This document shows positions 38,268 through 47,591 of a stretch of 64,000 nt of DNA, piece after piece (positions within the stretch are counted from its first letter, which is position 1; the number at the start of each line of letters is the position of its first letter). Location: IMG/VR virus record IMGVR_UViG_3300028603_000034, positions 1-64,000 of that record; one strand, given 5' to 3'. The DNA is from a virus. Its lineage: Duplodnaviria > Caudoviricetes. The translations under genes and the position numbers were made by a program. Below the pieces are notes generated by a model that was not told the DNA's origin, ran no database searches, and saw nothing but the letters and a program-made list of their open reading frames with translations.

Positions 38268-39425
38268 TTAGTGAATAAGTAATAATGTACCTAATACATC
38301 TCTTCTAGCACCAGAATCATCTCCGTGACCTTTCCAAACAAGAACGTGCCATTTTGGAATTGTTGTTGCAGGCATTCTTACTAATTCATCATAACTGATA
38401 ATATTTTCTCTTGGTATATTATATTCATCAGATACTCTATCTTTTAATTTCTCTAATGACATAGATGTAAATGCTTCTGGACCTTGTTTTCCTCTAATAA
38501 TAAGGTCTTTAAATAAATCAGCAGATACTACTCTTGCGTGTTTATCTTTATCTACATCGATTGTTTCATCTTCAGTTCCACCAAAAGAAAAGTTAAAAGT
38601 AAAATTATTTGGTTGAACTTCTTGCAGTTTTCTAACTAAAGGAATATTCTTAGTATAAGCGTAATGTTCTACTTCAGGTGTCGCTCTAGCAATATCATAT
38701 GCAAGTTGTAAATATTTCTCTGATAAGAAATCACCACTATCGTGCCAACGTAATACTAACTGTATTCCTTTTTTCTTTAATCCACCTGATGCCGATTGTA
38801 ATTCACTAATCATTTGATTTTTGAATCCTTCTTCATCATTCATTAAATAATTAACTACCCTAGAAGCACTCAAACTTGAAGCAGGAAACATTACATATCC
38901 ACCCTTAGCAGCATAACAAAATTTAGAACATTCTCCAGCATACGGACAAGTTCTTACTACTTTAAATGATCCTGTTTTTTCATCAACATACAATCCTTGA
39001 TATGCTGGTAAAGTCATATCATAGAATCTTTGATTTGTCATCTTTCCTGATGTTTTTAGTTTAGTATTAGCATCTATTAACTTATCAGGTCTTTTAGTAA
39101 TTAATGCTCTAAGTTTATCATTGTCGATTAAATTACCTTTTTCGTCAACAATATTAGATTTGTGTAACATTCGTTCTGGTCTTTTTGCTAATTCTGCATC
39201 TCTAGTAGGAGCACCTAATCTACGTGTTTTTAATTCATCTACATCAATATCTCGTATATCGGCATCATCGATATCTTCCTCTAATTCTTCTGGATCTTTA
39301 ACTTCAACATCTATCAATTTTCCATCTTCTTCCTCGGATGCAACAAAATCTTCAATTGATTCTATATCATCAGCTTCAAATCCTGAAGGCAATCCTTCAC
39401 AAAAATAGTATTTGCTAAATTTCAT
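38268..39425 (-). CDS. GP88-like protein with capsid-targeting-like N-terminus
   Basis: TCPYAGECSKFCYA.KG.Y, RWHDSGDF, HYAYTK and NF.FNFS motifs; MKFSKYYFCE. Confidence 0.7.
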   Translation of the reverse strand: MKFSKYYFCEGLPSGFEADDIESIEDFVASEEEDGKLIDVEVKDPEELEEDIDDADIRDIDVDELKTRRLGAPTRDAELAKRPERMLHKSNIVDEKGNLIDNDKLRALITKRPDKLIDANTKLKTSGKMTNQRFYDMTLPAYQGLYVDEKTGSFKVVRTCPYAGECSKFCYAAKGGYVMFPASSLSASRVVNYLMNDEEGFKNQMISELQSASGGLKKKGIQLVLRWHDSGDFLSEKYLQLAYDIARATPEVEHYAYTKNIPLVRKLQEVQPNNFTFNFSFGGTEDETIDVDKDKHARVVSADLFKDLIIRGKQGPEAFTSMSLEKLKDRVSDEYNIPRENIISYDELVRMPATTIPKWHVLVWKGHGDDSGARRDVLGTLLLIH

Positions 39426-39475
39426 TTTAACTCTCCTTAATAATATTACAAATTAGTTATTTTATTAATATGAAG

Positions 39476-39483
39476 TATTTATA
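39476..39483 (-). promoter_or_regulatory. T4-type late promoter TATAAATA
   Basis: The same octamer sits shortly upstream of genes at 31120, 46023, 47589, 51875, 55054 and 62471; AT-rich background lowers certainty for any single copy. Confidence 0.65.
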
Positions 39484-39498
39484 TATTTCCAATGTATA

Positions 39499-40023
39499 TT
39501 AAAATTTATACACCCTCATTAATCTTTTACATCTAGTATTAAAAATTCGTTCCTCTAAAAAAGGAGTATTTAACGTCCATTTATCTATTTTTTCTTTTGT
39601 TATATTTTTATGTATTTTATCTGACGACTTCCATAAATACGGAAATGTTAAAATAGCAAATTTAGATACTCGTTTTAGTTCTTCAAAAGCAATATATGGA
39701 TCATCTAAATGTTCCCATACTTGTGTTGCAATAGATAAATCATAATATTTATCTCTTATAGGCCAACCTTTTTTAGATATATCATATAAGTATGTAGGAT
39801 AATTTATATCTTTTATAGGGGTTCCCTCCCAAGTTTTACTAATATCAATAGTATCACTACTTTTTATTAAAGACATTCCAGCACAACCAATCTCTAAAAA
39901 ATTAGTCATTTTGTTTTCTTCTATTATTTTTTTAGCAGAAATAGAAACATTACTAAGATAATCATTCCATCTTTTTCTAAAATATTTAGCAGAAAATTCT
40001 TCTTCTTTCGTAAATAAAACCAT
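39499..40023 (-). CDS. Class I SAM-dependent methyltransferase
   Basis: FLEIGC; YDLSIATQVWEHLDDP...F.EL.RV. Confidence 0.75.
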   Translation of the reverse strand: MVLFTKEEEFSAKYFRKRWNDYLSNVSISAKKIIEENKMTNFLEIGCAGMSLIKSSDTIDISKTWEGTPIKDINYPTYLYDISKKGWPIRDKYYDLSIATQVWEHLDDPYIAFEELKRVSKFAILTFPYLWKSSDKIHKNITKEKIDKWTLNTPFLEERIFNTRCKRLMRVYKF

Positions 40024-40035
40024 ATAATCTCCAAT

Positions 40036-40707
40036 CTATTTTTGTTCAATTTCTGTTATTTTTGGTATTATAGGTATAGACCAATCAGTATTATTATTAA
40101 TCCAATCTCTATAAGTTTTTCTCAATTCAGATTTCATTCCTGTATTTTTACTTTTTGTTAAATTATTATTATGTCTTCTTCTATACATAGAAAGCTTTTC
40201 ATTATTAACAACAACAAATTCAATATTATTTTTTTTTACTCTTTTTCTAAATTCTTGATCTGCATTACAAACCCAAGATTGAAAACCCCCAATAGAATCA
40301 AATAACTTTTTAGATATCCAAAAACAACCACAAGCACAAATTTTTTTCATATAATTAAATCTAACATAATCGTGTTTATCCAATGACATTATATCTTTTA
40401 TTACATTATCGTATAATACATCATCAGAATCGAAAAATAACAAATACTTTCCATTACTCTTTTGAACTAAAGAGTTCCTCAAGATATATGTTCCTACATT
40501 TTTAGAAGAGTTATATATTTGTAAATTATATATTTTACTTTTTATTTTTTGTATATGATTTAATAATTCTTTATCACCATCAATACCCAATAAAATTTCA
40601 TAATCTTTATTATCAACAAAATATGTTTGATTTTGAATAGACAGTAAACATTCCTCAATGTAATCTTGAGTCTTATATGCGGTTATTATTATTGATATTT
40701 TTTTCAT
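40036..40707 (-). CDS. GT2/GT-A glycosyltransferase
   Basis: ISIIITAY, EILLGID, G.Y..RN and FFDSDD. Confidence 0.85.
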   Translation of the reverse strand: MKKISIIITAYKTQDYIEECLLSIQNQTYFVDNKDYEILLGIDGDKELLNHIQKIKSKIYNLQIYNSSKNVGTYILRNSLVQKSNGKYLLFFDSDDVLYDNVIKDIMSLDKHDYVRFNYMKKICACGCFWISKKLFDSIGGFQSWVCNADQEFRKRVKKNNIEFVVVNNEKLSMYRRRHNNNLTKSKNTGMKSELRKTYRDWINNNTDWSIPIIPKITEIEQK

Positions 40708-41399
40708 TTTTTTATTTCTTTTAATAATTCATTCCATTTTTCTATATAATATTTACAATTTTTAGGAATCTCGACAACCTTACCATTATATCTAGAACTA
40801 CTTTTTTTAGAACTAAATATTGAAAGGTCATGAACTACATATATTCTAACCAAATCATCTAATGTTATAACCGGCCCTAATTGTTTCATATTAGTATGAG
40901 GTTTTTTATAACAATATACAGGATTAATTGTAGATTCAATCAAACTAAGAAATTGTGAAGGTCTTGATGAAGTATATTCCATAAATTTATTTACTCTTGA
41001 TTCATATGTATATCCCGATGGGTCTATTATTATTTTATCTTTTTCTTGAAAATTTTTCTGTATTATATCAATACAATTTGGTAATAATACATCATCTGAA
41101 TCTAATCTTGTTGTTATGATATATTCATAATTTTCACTAAGTTCTTTTAATTTTTTATTCCTATTTGTACTATCCATTTTCCATTTTCCATGATTATTTC
41201 CATCACCAACAATAAAAATATCTAATTCGGAATTAAAAGTTAAATCTAAATTAGAGCAAATCAAAACAGAAAAATTTTTATTTGTTTGTCTTTCTAATGA
41301 ATGTAAACAAATCTCTTCCAGATACCTTTTTCTAATATCTAAATTAGCTTCGTTTTTTGGGTAATTAAATCTAATTAGTATAATATGTTTAAAATTCAT
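40704..41399 (-). CDS. Putative rhamnosyltransferase-like GT-A protein
   Basis: SLERQTNKNF and ITTRLDSDD. Confidence 0.7.
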   Translation of the reverse strand: MNFKHIILIRFNYPKNEANLDIRKRYLEEICLHSLERQTNKNFSVLICSNLDLTFNSELDIFIVGDGNNHGKWKMDSTNRNKKLKELSENYEYIITTRLDSDDVLLPNCIDIIQKNFQEKDKIIIDPSGYTYESRVNKFMEYTSSRPSQFLSLIESTINPVYCYKKPHTNMKQLGPVITLDDLVRIYVVHDLSIFSSKKSSSRYNGKVVEIPKNCKYYIEKWNELLKEIKK

Positions 41400-41411
41400 C
41401 TAAAGCTCCAA

Positions 41412-43124
41412 TCAAGTTTTATTTTCTAGGTCAATAACAATAGGAATAATAGGAATACTCCAAGTTTTATTATTTTTCATCCATAAATGATAACTATTTC
41501 GTAATAAAGATTTATTTCCGGTTACCGAAGTAGTATTATTAGAACTTAAATTATTACTATGTACTCGTCTATACATAGAATACTTCTGATTTATAACACT
41601 ATATGGAATTTTATTATGTCTACTACGAATCATAAATTCTCTATCTGCACTACAAAACCAAGATTGAAATCCCCCAATTTTATTAAAGATTTCTCTTGAT
41701 ACCCAAAAAGCACCAGCAGCAACAGAATAATATTTCTGTATTTTAACATATCCATCATCTATATCTATATAATCAGAAAATCGAAATCTAACATAATCGT
41801 GTTTATCCAATGACATTATATTTTTAATAGTATCATCACATAAAATATCATCTGAGTCAAAAAATAACAAATACTTTCCATTACTCTTTTGAACTAAAGA
41901 GTTCCTCAAGATATATGTTCCTACATTTTTAGAAGAATTATATATCTTCAATCTATTAATTTTCGACCTCAATTTCATCAATTTTTTCAATGTTTTTTCA
42001 TCATTATCAACCGCAACTAGAATTTCATAATTATCGTGATTCTTAAAATAGGTTTGATTTTGAATCGATAATAGACATTCCTCAATATAATCTTGAGTCT
42101 TATATGCAGTTATTATTATCGATATTCGGTCTGGTCTTATATCATTAAATATTTCACTTGTAGGATTTAATTGTATTATTTCTTTATCATCGGATGATGT
42201 AACATTAAATCTTGGGACTTTTCCATTTATTAAATTTCTATCCCTACTTCCTTCTACATCAGAAAAAATAAAGTCATCTGCATAATTAGAATATAAAAAT
42301 TCTCTTCCTGATCTACACCCAACAATTATTTTATCGTATGGGGTAGAACTTATATGGGAATATACATATTCTAACCATTTTTTCTCATATTCTTCTTCTC
42401 CCAACCAGGGCCCTACTAATAAGACTTTTTCTTTATATTCTTTCATGTGATCTCGAAAAGATAATATCAAATTCTTTTCTTTAAAACTAAACATAGAATA
42501 ATTATCAAATTTCAATTTCCAAGAACAATAATTCCAAGAAAGTTGATCTCTTTTTGATTTATGTAAAATTTCATTCCATAATAATTCTTGAAATTTGATT
42601 ACATCCGATTCATTATGCTTTCTAATTTGAAACCCTGTCTCAACCATTCCATATTTTTTGGGCATTCCCTCTAATCGATATCCATTAATTTGTTTATTCA
42701 TAACAGATACATCATCTTTTTTAAAAAAGATACAAGCCTTTAATTCATCATATATACAATTTCTCGATGGATGTTTTTCGATATATAAATTAACATTTAA
42801 TTTATTAAATCTATCAATCAAATTCTCTAATCTTTTCATAGATAATCTAGAACAAGATGAATCAATCCAAACTGAAATGTTATAATCGGGGAAAAATTTA
42901 TGCGGGTTCGTTTTATAATATCGTGAGGATTTTGTATTATCATTAGGAACTGGAAGTTTATCTACATAAACCACATCCCACGTATATGACTTTAAATGTT
43001 TTAAATTTGTAAAACAAACAAATTGAAATTTTTTTCTATCATAGTCATCCAATTCTATCAATTTAGAATCATATGCTCCAAAAAGAGCAGTATAAATTAT
43101 AATTTTATTCAAATCAACCTCCAT
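41412..43124 (-). CDS. Fusion of a DUF616/TOD1-like glycosyltransferase domain and a GT2 domain
   Basis: IYTALFG.YD, SVWID, KHPSRNCIYDE and RDQLS; C-terminal GT2 shares a 77-bp identical block with 40036..40707. Confidence 0.8.
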   Translation of the reverse strand: MEVDLNKIIIYTALFGAYDSKLIELDDYDRKKFQFVCFTNLKHLKSYTWDVVYVDKLPVPNDNTKSSRYYKTNPHKFFPDYNISVWIDSSCSRLSMKRLENLIDRFNKLNVNLYIEKHPSRNCIYDELKACIFFKKDDVSVMNKQINGYRLEGMPKKYGMVETGFQIRKHNESDVIKFQELLWNEILHKSKRDQLSWNYCSWKLKFDNYSMFSFKEKNLILSFRDHMKEYKEKVLLVGPWLGEEEYEKKWLEYVYSHISSTPYDKIIVGCRSGREFLYSNYADDFIFSDVEGSRDRNLINGKVPRFNVTSSDDKEIIQLNPTSEIFNDIRPDRISIIITAYKTQDYIEECLLSIQNQTYFKNHDNYEILVAVDNDEKTLKKLMKLRSKINRLKIYNSSKNVGTYILRNSLVQKSNGKYLLFFDSDDILCDDTIKNIMSLDKHDYVRFRFSDYIDIDDGYVKIQKYYSVAAGAFWVSREIFNKIGGFQSWFCSADREFMIRSRHNKIPYSVINQKYSMYRRVHSNNLSSNNTTSVTGNKSLLRNSYHLWMKNNKTWSIPIIPIVIDLENKT

Positions 43125-43144
43125 TCAATAAATGTACTATATAT

Positions 43145-43210
43145 GTGAACTACCCCGAAACTAAAGACTTCGTGGCTTCTTAGTCAATATCGCCATTGCG
43201 GCAAGTTTAC
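43145..43210 (-). mobile_element. Orphan IS200/IS605 tnpB right end (omega-RNA-like), homologous to 17750-17815
   Basis: GTAAACTTG...ATATTGACTA.GAAGCC...AAGTCTTTAG.TT..GGTAGTTCAC shared with the mini-element. Confidence 0.75.
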
Positions 43211-43313
43211 GCTTTTCAATGTGTGCCTCGACCTTCTGACGGAATTCCGGGTCTTCCTGTTCCCATTTCTTTACATCGTCGAAAAATGAACCGCCTGTGT
43301 GTTTGTTCTTCAT
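43161..43313 (-). pseudogene. 50-aa fragment resembling an XRE/HigA-type antitoxin N-terminus, fused into the tnpB right end
   Basis: MKNKHTGGSFFDDVKKWEQEDPEFRQKVEAHIEKRKLA...; GC-richer than flanks; no HTH present. Confidence 0.5.
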
Positions 43314-43368
43314 CTCAAAACCTCATTTAAAGAAATTAGTCTCGCTATTAGAAAGAATCCATTTTCCA

Positions 43369-44493
43369 TTAGTTATCTTTGTAAAAGTCTCTTATTCTTT
43401 GGTCTAAATAAGCATCATCATATTTTACATCTGGGTGATATTTTATAAATTCATTATATATAGCAATTTTTATTTTTAAATCTTCTTTAATTATACCAGA
43501 TTCATCTTTATCACCTTTAATTATTTTTGATTCATCTCCCCACAAATACGAAGAAAATCTAGTTAAAATATTATCTATAATATCATTATCTAATTCTTTC
43601 ATTAATTCCAAAACACCTCGAAATGACTTCATTTTATTTATTTCATTTTCATTTGGTAATTTTTGAAATAATACTGAATAAATATTCCTTAGATTAGTGT
43701 CTAAATCAGTTTCAGGTCTATTTGTAGTTCTAAATGATTTTTTACCATCTGCAATCTTTATATTACCATTCAAATCTAAATTTGGATAAAATCTTGTTCT
43801 AATTCCATCTTTAACCGAAAAACCTAAAATCTTTGGATTATCTAACTGTTTTGATGCCGATACCTTACCTGTTGGGGTTATTATTGATATGTCCTCTAAT
43901 GTCTCACTTCCTATTAATGATTGCAATAAATACTCATAATACTCTTCTTGAATATCTCCAGGAACATCGGAATCCCATTTAACATCCTTAGCATATATAG
44001 TAGAAGGAACTGGTCTATTATCTTGCCAAAAAGTAGGTTCAAATACAATCGTTACATTCTCTATTAAATTTCCAAATTTAACAGAGGTAGATAATATGAT
44101 ACTAATATCATCTTTAGAAAAAGATAATATTTTCATCTGACCTAAAGATTTGCCCTTATTTTTTTGTAAAAAATCAATAAGTTTTTCTGTCAAATCTTCT
44201 GGAAATTGAATGTTTATATCTGTTGTTTCTATGTCGGTTAATGTATTTAATGCATTATTAAATATTTGATACGCGTGAGATGAAAACAAATCATATTCTT
44301 TTTTCTTTTGTTTAATATCTTCCCACAAATGAATATTGTACTCTGAATAGAAAGCTTTATCTAATTCATCTAAAGCATCTACTATTTCAGTCTTGAATAT
44401 TTTAAATTCATTTTCTGAAAATTCATCAAAAGGGATATTCCTTCTTGGAATATCCCCGTGTGATTCAGCAAAATAATACTTGAAAAATTTCAT
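43369..44493 (-). CDS. Putative internal head protein
   Basis: MKFFKYYFAE N-terminus; FSVKDGIR motif recalls T4-like phage proteins. Confidence 0.6.
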   Translation of the reverse strand: MKFFKYYFAESHGDIPRRNIPFDEFSENEFKIFKTEIVDALDELDKAFYSEYNIHLWEDIKQKKKEYDLFSSHAYQIFNNALNTLTDIETTDINIQFPEDLTEKLIDFLQKNKGKSLGQMKILSFSKDDISIILSTSVKFGNLIENVTIVFEPTFWQDNRPVPSTIYAKDVKWDSDVPGDIQEEYYEYLLQSLIGSETLEDISIITPTGKVSASKQLDNPKILGFSVKDGIRTRFYPNLDLNGNIKIADGKKSFRTTNRPETDLDTNLRNIYSVLFQKLPNENEINKMKSFRGVLELMKELDNDIIDNILTRFSSYLWGDESKIIKGDKDESGIIKEDLKIKIAIYNEFIKYHPDVKYDDAYLDQRIRDFYKDN

Positions 44494-44496
44494 ATC

Positions 44497-45423
44497 TTAT
44501 TCTTCTTCGATTTCTTCATCGTCAATTTCATCTTCTACTTCATCCTCAACTTCTACTTCATCCTCAACTTCTACTTCATCCTCAACTTCTACTTCATCCT
44601 CAACTTCTACTTCATCCTCAACTTCTACTTCATCCTCAACTTCTTCGGTTTCTTTATCATCTATTAGTGTATCTAATTTAGAATCGATATCATCTAGTTT
44701 AGATTCAATATCAGACCATTTTAATTTTTCATCATCTTCTTGTTCTAAAACATCTTCATCTTCTTTAAGATTTTTTTTATCTACATATTCAGTAATATTT
44801 AAATCTTTTGTTACTCTTTCTAAAACCCAATCCATAGGATCACCTGTTCTTGCTTTAGCAATACCGTAAGGAATTTCACCTAAATCCATATAGTAATTAA
44901 ACAATTTATCATATAATTTATATGGTAAATTGCCCTTAGATATTTTCTTTTTATCTTCATCAGTAACAATATCATCTAATGTTTCCACATGAGAAGCTTC
45001 ATCTACTTTCTTGTAGTCACATTCTAATTTCTTTTTTGGTCTTCCTCTTTTTTTCTTAACAGTAGTAGATTCTTCTACGTCAATAAATGGGGTTGGTTCT
45101 AAAAGATTTGTAGAAGTTCCTTGATTACTAGTTCTAGAACCAGGTTCATAATTATTAATTATAATTTTTATTTCCCCTTCTGTTAATGAATCTATTTTAT
45201 TTAATATCTCTTTTTTGTTATTTTTTAAAAAGTCTTTATCAATATTTTTCAAATCGACAATATCATTTTCAATTACTAATTTTGCTTCTTCCTTTGAAAC
45301 AAAATCACCATAAAAGGCCTCTTTGATAATAGAATCCATCTTTTCTTTTTTCGTTTCTAATACATTTTTAATATCCGAAACATCTTCTTTTTCATATTTA
45401 CTCAAATAATTAAGAAATTTCAT
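44497..45423 (-). CDS. Acidic protein with EVEDEV tail, putative head/scaffold-associated
   Basis: MKFLNYL N-terminus; PYGIAKARTGDP motif; C-terminal acidic repeats. Confidence 0.65.
   Translation of the reverse strand: MKFLNYLSKYEKEDVSDIKNVLETKKEKMDSIIKEAFYGDFVSKEEAKLVIENDIVDLKNIDKDFLKNNKKEILNKIDSLTEGEIKIIINNYEPGSRTSNQGTSTNLLEPTPFIDVEESTTVKKKRGRPKKKLECDYKKVDEASHVETLDDIVTDEDKKKISKGNLPYKLYDKLFNYYMDLGEIPYGIAKARTGDPMDWVLERVTKDLNITEYVDKKNLKEDEDVLEQEDDEKLKWSDIESKLDDIDSKLDTLIDDKETEEVEDEVEVEDEVEVEDEVEVEDEVEVEDEVEVEDEVEDEIDDEEIEEE
44533..44640. repeat. Six exact copies of the 18-bp unit TTCTACTTCATCCTCAAC (encodes VEDEVE)
   Basis: Direct inspection. Confidence 0.95.
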
Positions 45424-45572
45424 AGTTCACTCCTATGTTTAATTTAATACATTAATCATCAAAATTTAATTCTAGTGACTCTTCTTCTTCATCACAATCA
45501 AAACCATAATGACGTTCAAAATCTAAAAAATCCTCAAAGTCATTTTCATCTATATTTTCAAAATAAATATTA

Positions 45573-45983
45573 TCAGTCATTTTCTGTCCCTTCATTATTT
45601 ATATTATTCATAAAATATAGATTTATTTTGTGTGATATCCTCCAATCTTTTTTCTGTGAATGAGGTAATACAAACACAAATATATTATGAGGATCGATAT
45701 TATCATCTTCAACATCTATAAGACCCCAATTCTTTAAACAAAAAATAACAGCATTTCTTCTTTTAATATCTTCATCTGAAATGTTGTTATATCCATTGTC
45801 TCTAGTTAAAAGAAATAGTTCTTTAAAATGAACTATATAATATTCTCCATCCATTTTATATAAATAACAACTAGGATATAGTATTCTTTTTTTCTTATTT
45901 GCTATTCCACATCTGTTACACGTTTCTCTAATTACTTTTTCATCCGCAAGTAATTTAACTTTAATCAAATTCAATCCATCCAT
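45573..45983 (-). CDS. regA: RegA translational repressor
   Basis: IRET..R.GIAN.K...LY.SC......YYIVHFKELF, RRN.....L..WGL. Confidence 0.92.
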   Translation of the reverse strand: MDGLNLIKVKLLADEKVIRETCNRCGIANKKKRILYPSCYLYKMDGEYYIVHFKELFLLTRDNGYNNISDEDIKRRNAVIFCLKNWGLIDVEDDNIDPHNIFVFVLPHSQKKDWRISHKINLYFMNNINNEGTEND

Positions 45984-46033
45984 AAATACTCCTGTTAGTA
46001 AAAATAAATTAAATCGTATAATTATTTATAATT

Positions 46034-46414
46034 TTATTTTAAACAATCACTCTTATATTCTTGTACTCCCTTTTTATCAGGACAAGAAGACTCGTAATTT
46101 TTAACACCCTTTTTACAAATACATTTTGGTTCCATACCTAATGCAATAAATTCTATTATTTGTGTTTGTGTATTTATAATAACATCCTCACCTTTAGTAA
46201 AAAATACACAAGGAGTAGACCAATCCGATCTATTTCCATATAATAAATCTATTTTTTTAACTCTCCAATAATAAGTCTTTCCATATTCCAAATCTCCTGT
46301 TTTAAAATAATATTCATTAAAATTTTCATTTGGATATGGATAATTTACTAATTCACTTACTACTAAATCACTAAAATCAATATTGTTACTTACTTGTATT
46401 TTATATATATCCAT
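46034..46414 (-). CDS. Virion protein with fibronectin-III-like motif
   Basis: LEYGKTYYWRVK...SDWS..F. Confidence 0.55.
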   Translation of the reverse strand: MDIYKIQVSNNIDFSDLVVSELVNYPYPNENFNEYYFKTGDLEYGKTYYWRVKKIDLLYGNRSDWSTPCVFFTKGEDVIINTQTQIIEFIALGMEPKCICKKGVKNYESSCPDKKGVQEYKSDCLK

Positions 46415-46423
46415 TATAATTTC

Positions 46424-47041
46424 CTATTGATTCCAGGTTGCTGAAGTATCTAATGGTAACGGTCCATCATCACAAGGAGAATGTAGATTAGGAATATCTA
46501 ATGTTTCTCCGCCTGTCATTGGGTCTTTTTGTGTATATGTTATTTCTTCATATGAAAAATTACAAGTAAATGTTACTTCATCTGAAGTTCCAAAGGTTAA
46601 TGGCATAGAAGATAAAGTCAATAAAAAAGCATTAGTAAATTTTATTATAGCTGTAGTTCTTTTTTGATTATCTAATAAATGTAAATGCATTGCTTTTATA
46701 TTATAATCTCTTATTTTTCCTTGATAATTTCCATTATCTAATTGACCATACTTTAATTCTAACATCCACTTAAATAAATAAAGATAATTTTGCATATCTT
46801 CTGATAGTTTAAATTCAACTTGTAATTGAGATAAATCTCTATTAATTAACATACCTGCTTGCGGATGTCTTATATCAAAACCAAATTCTCCATTTGAGAT
46901 TATTTGACCCATATTATAATCGGGTAAAGTTAATGATTTAATATAATTGTCAAATAATCTTAGATCGTGTCTATCTTTTACTGTTGGAATATTACTAAAT
47001 GTTAATATCCATTTATCGTTACGAAAATTATTAGGATACAT
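46424..47041 (-). CDS. T4 gp3-like tail completion / tube-fold protein
   Basis: SLTLPD, L.VEF..SEDMQNY..LFKWM, F.NAF...LS and V.F...F.Y. Confidence 0.7.
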   Translation of the reverse strand: MYPNNFRNDKWILTFSNIPTVKDRHDLRLFDNYIKSLTLPDYNMGQIISNGEFGFDIRHPQAGMLINRDLSQLQVEFKLSEDMQNYLYLFKWMLELKYGQLDNGNYQGKIRDYNIKAMHLHLLDNQKRTTAIIKFTNAFLLTLSSMPLTFGTSDEVTFTCNFSYEEITYTQKDPMTGGETLDIPNLHSPCDDGPLPLDTSATWNQ

Positions 47042-47547
47042 TATTTTACCTTATCCTCTTCTTTATCTGGCATTATTATCATCTTGTTTAATGTTTTTAA
47101 TTCAGATATAGAAATATTATCAGGAACATATTTAAAAGGAACAGTCTCAATATCTACATCAATTTCAGTTTCAAGTAACTCATAATACTCTTCTAAATTA
47201 TTATTTCTCTCGTCTATAGCTTCTTTATAATTTACATCTAGTTCCTTCAACTTTAAAAGACATTCATCAATATCATTTTTTCTAATTTTAATCGAATCAT
47301 TTAAAGTAATTATTTTCCCTAAATCATCCCTCTCACCATATGTATTCAATATATCAGTTCTTTTCTCATTATATTCTAAATACTCTTTTTTTGGTTTAGA
47401 TATATCAATAATCGCTTTTGCTTTATCTTTCAATTGTTTCTGATTCACCATTACTACATACGAAAACCATTTATTAACTTTAATATTCGAATCCATTTCT
47501 GATAAACAAACAAACATATCAACCAACTCTTTTCTTGTCATTATCAT
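47041..47547 (-). CDS. Hypothetical coiled-coil protein
   Basis: 168-aa ORF. Confidence 0.6.
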   Translation of the reverse strand: MIMTRKELVDMFVCLSEMDSNIKVNKWFSYVVMVNQKQLKDKAKAIIDISKPKKEYLEYNEKRTDILNTYGERDDLGKIITLNDSIKIRKNDIDECLLKLKELDVNYKEAIDERNNNLEEYYELLETEIDVDIETVPFKYVPDNISISELKTLNKMIIMPDKEEDKVK

Positions 47548-47591
47548 CTTTCAACCCCCTATAAAATAAAAAATTCAATCATTTACAATAT

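Noticed and set aside
44480-44869. Ser/Thr-rich plus-strand ORF
   Set aside because: Antisense shadow of the acidic EVEDEV repeat
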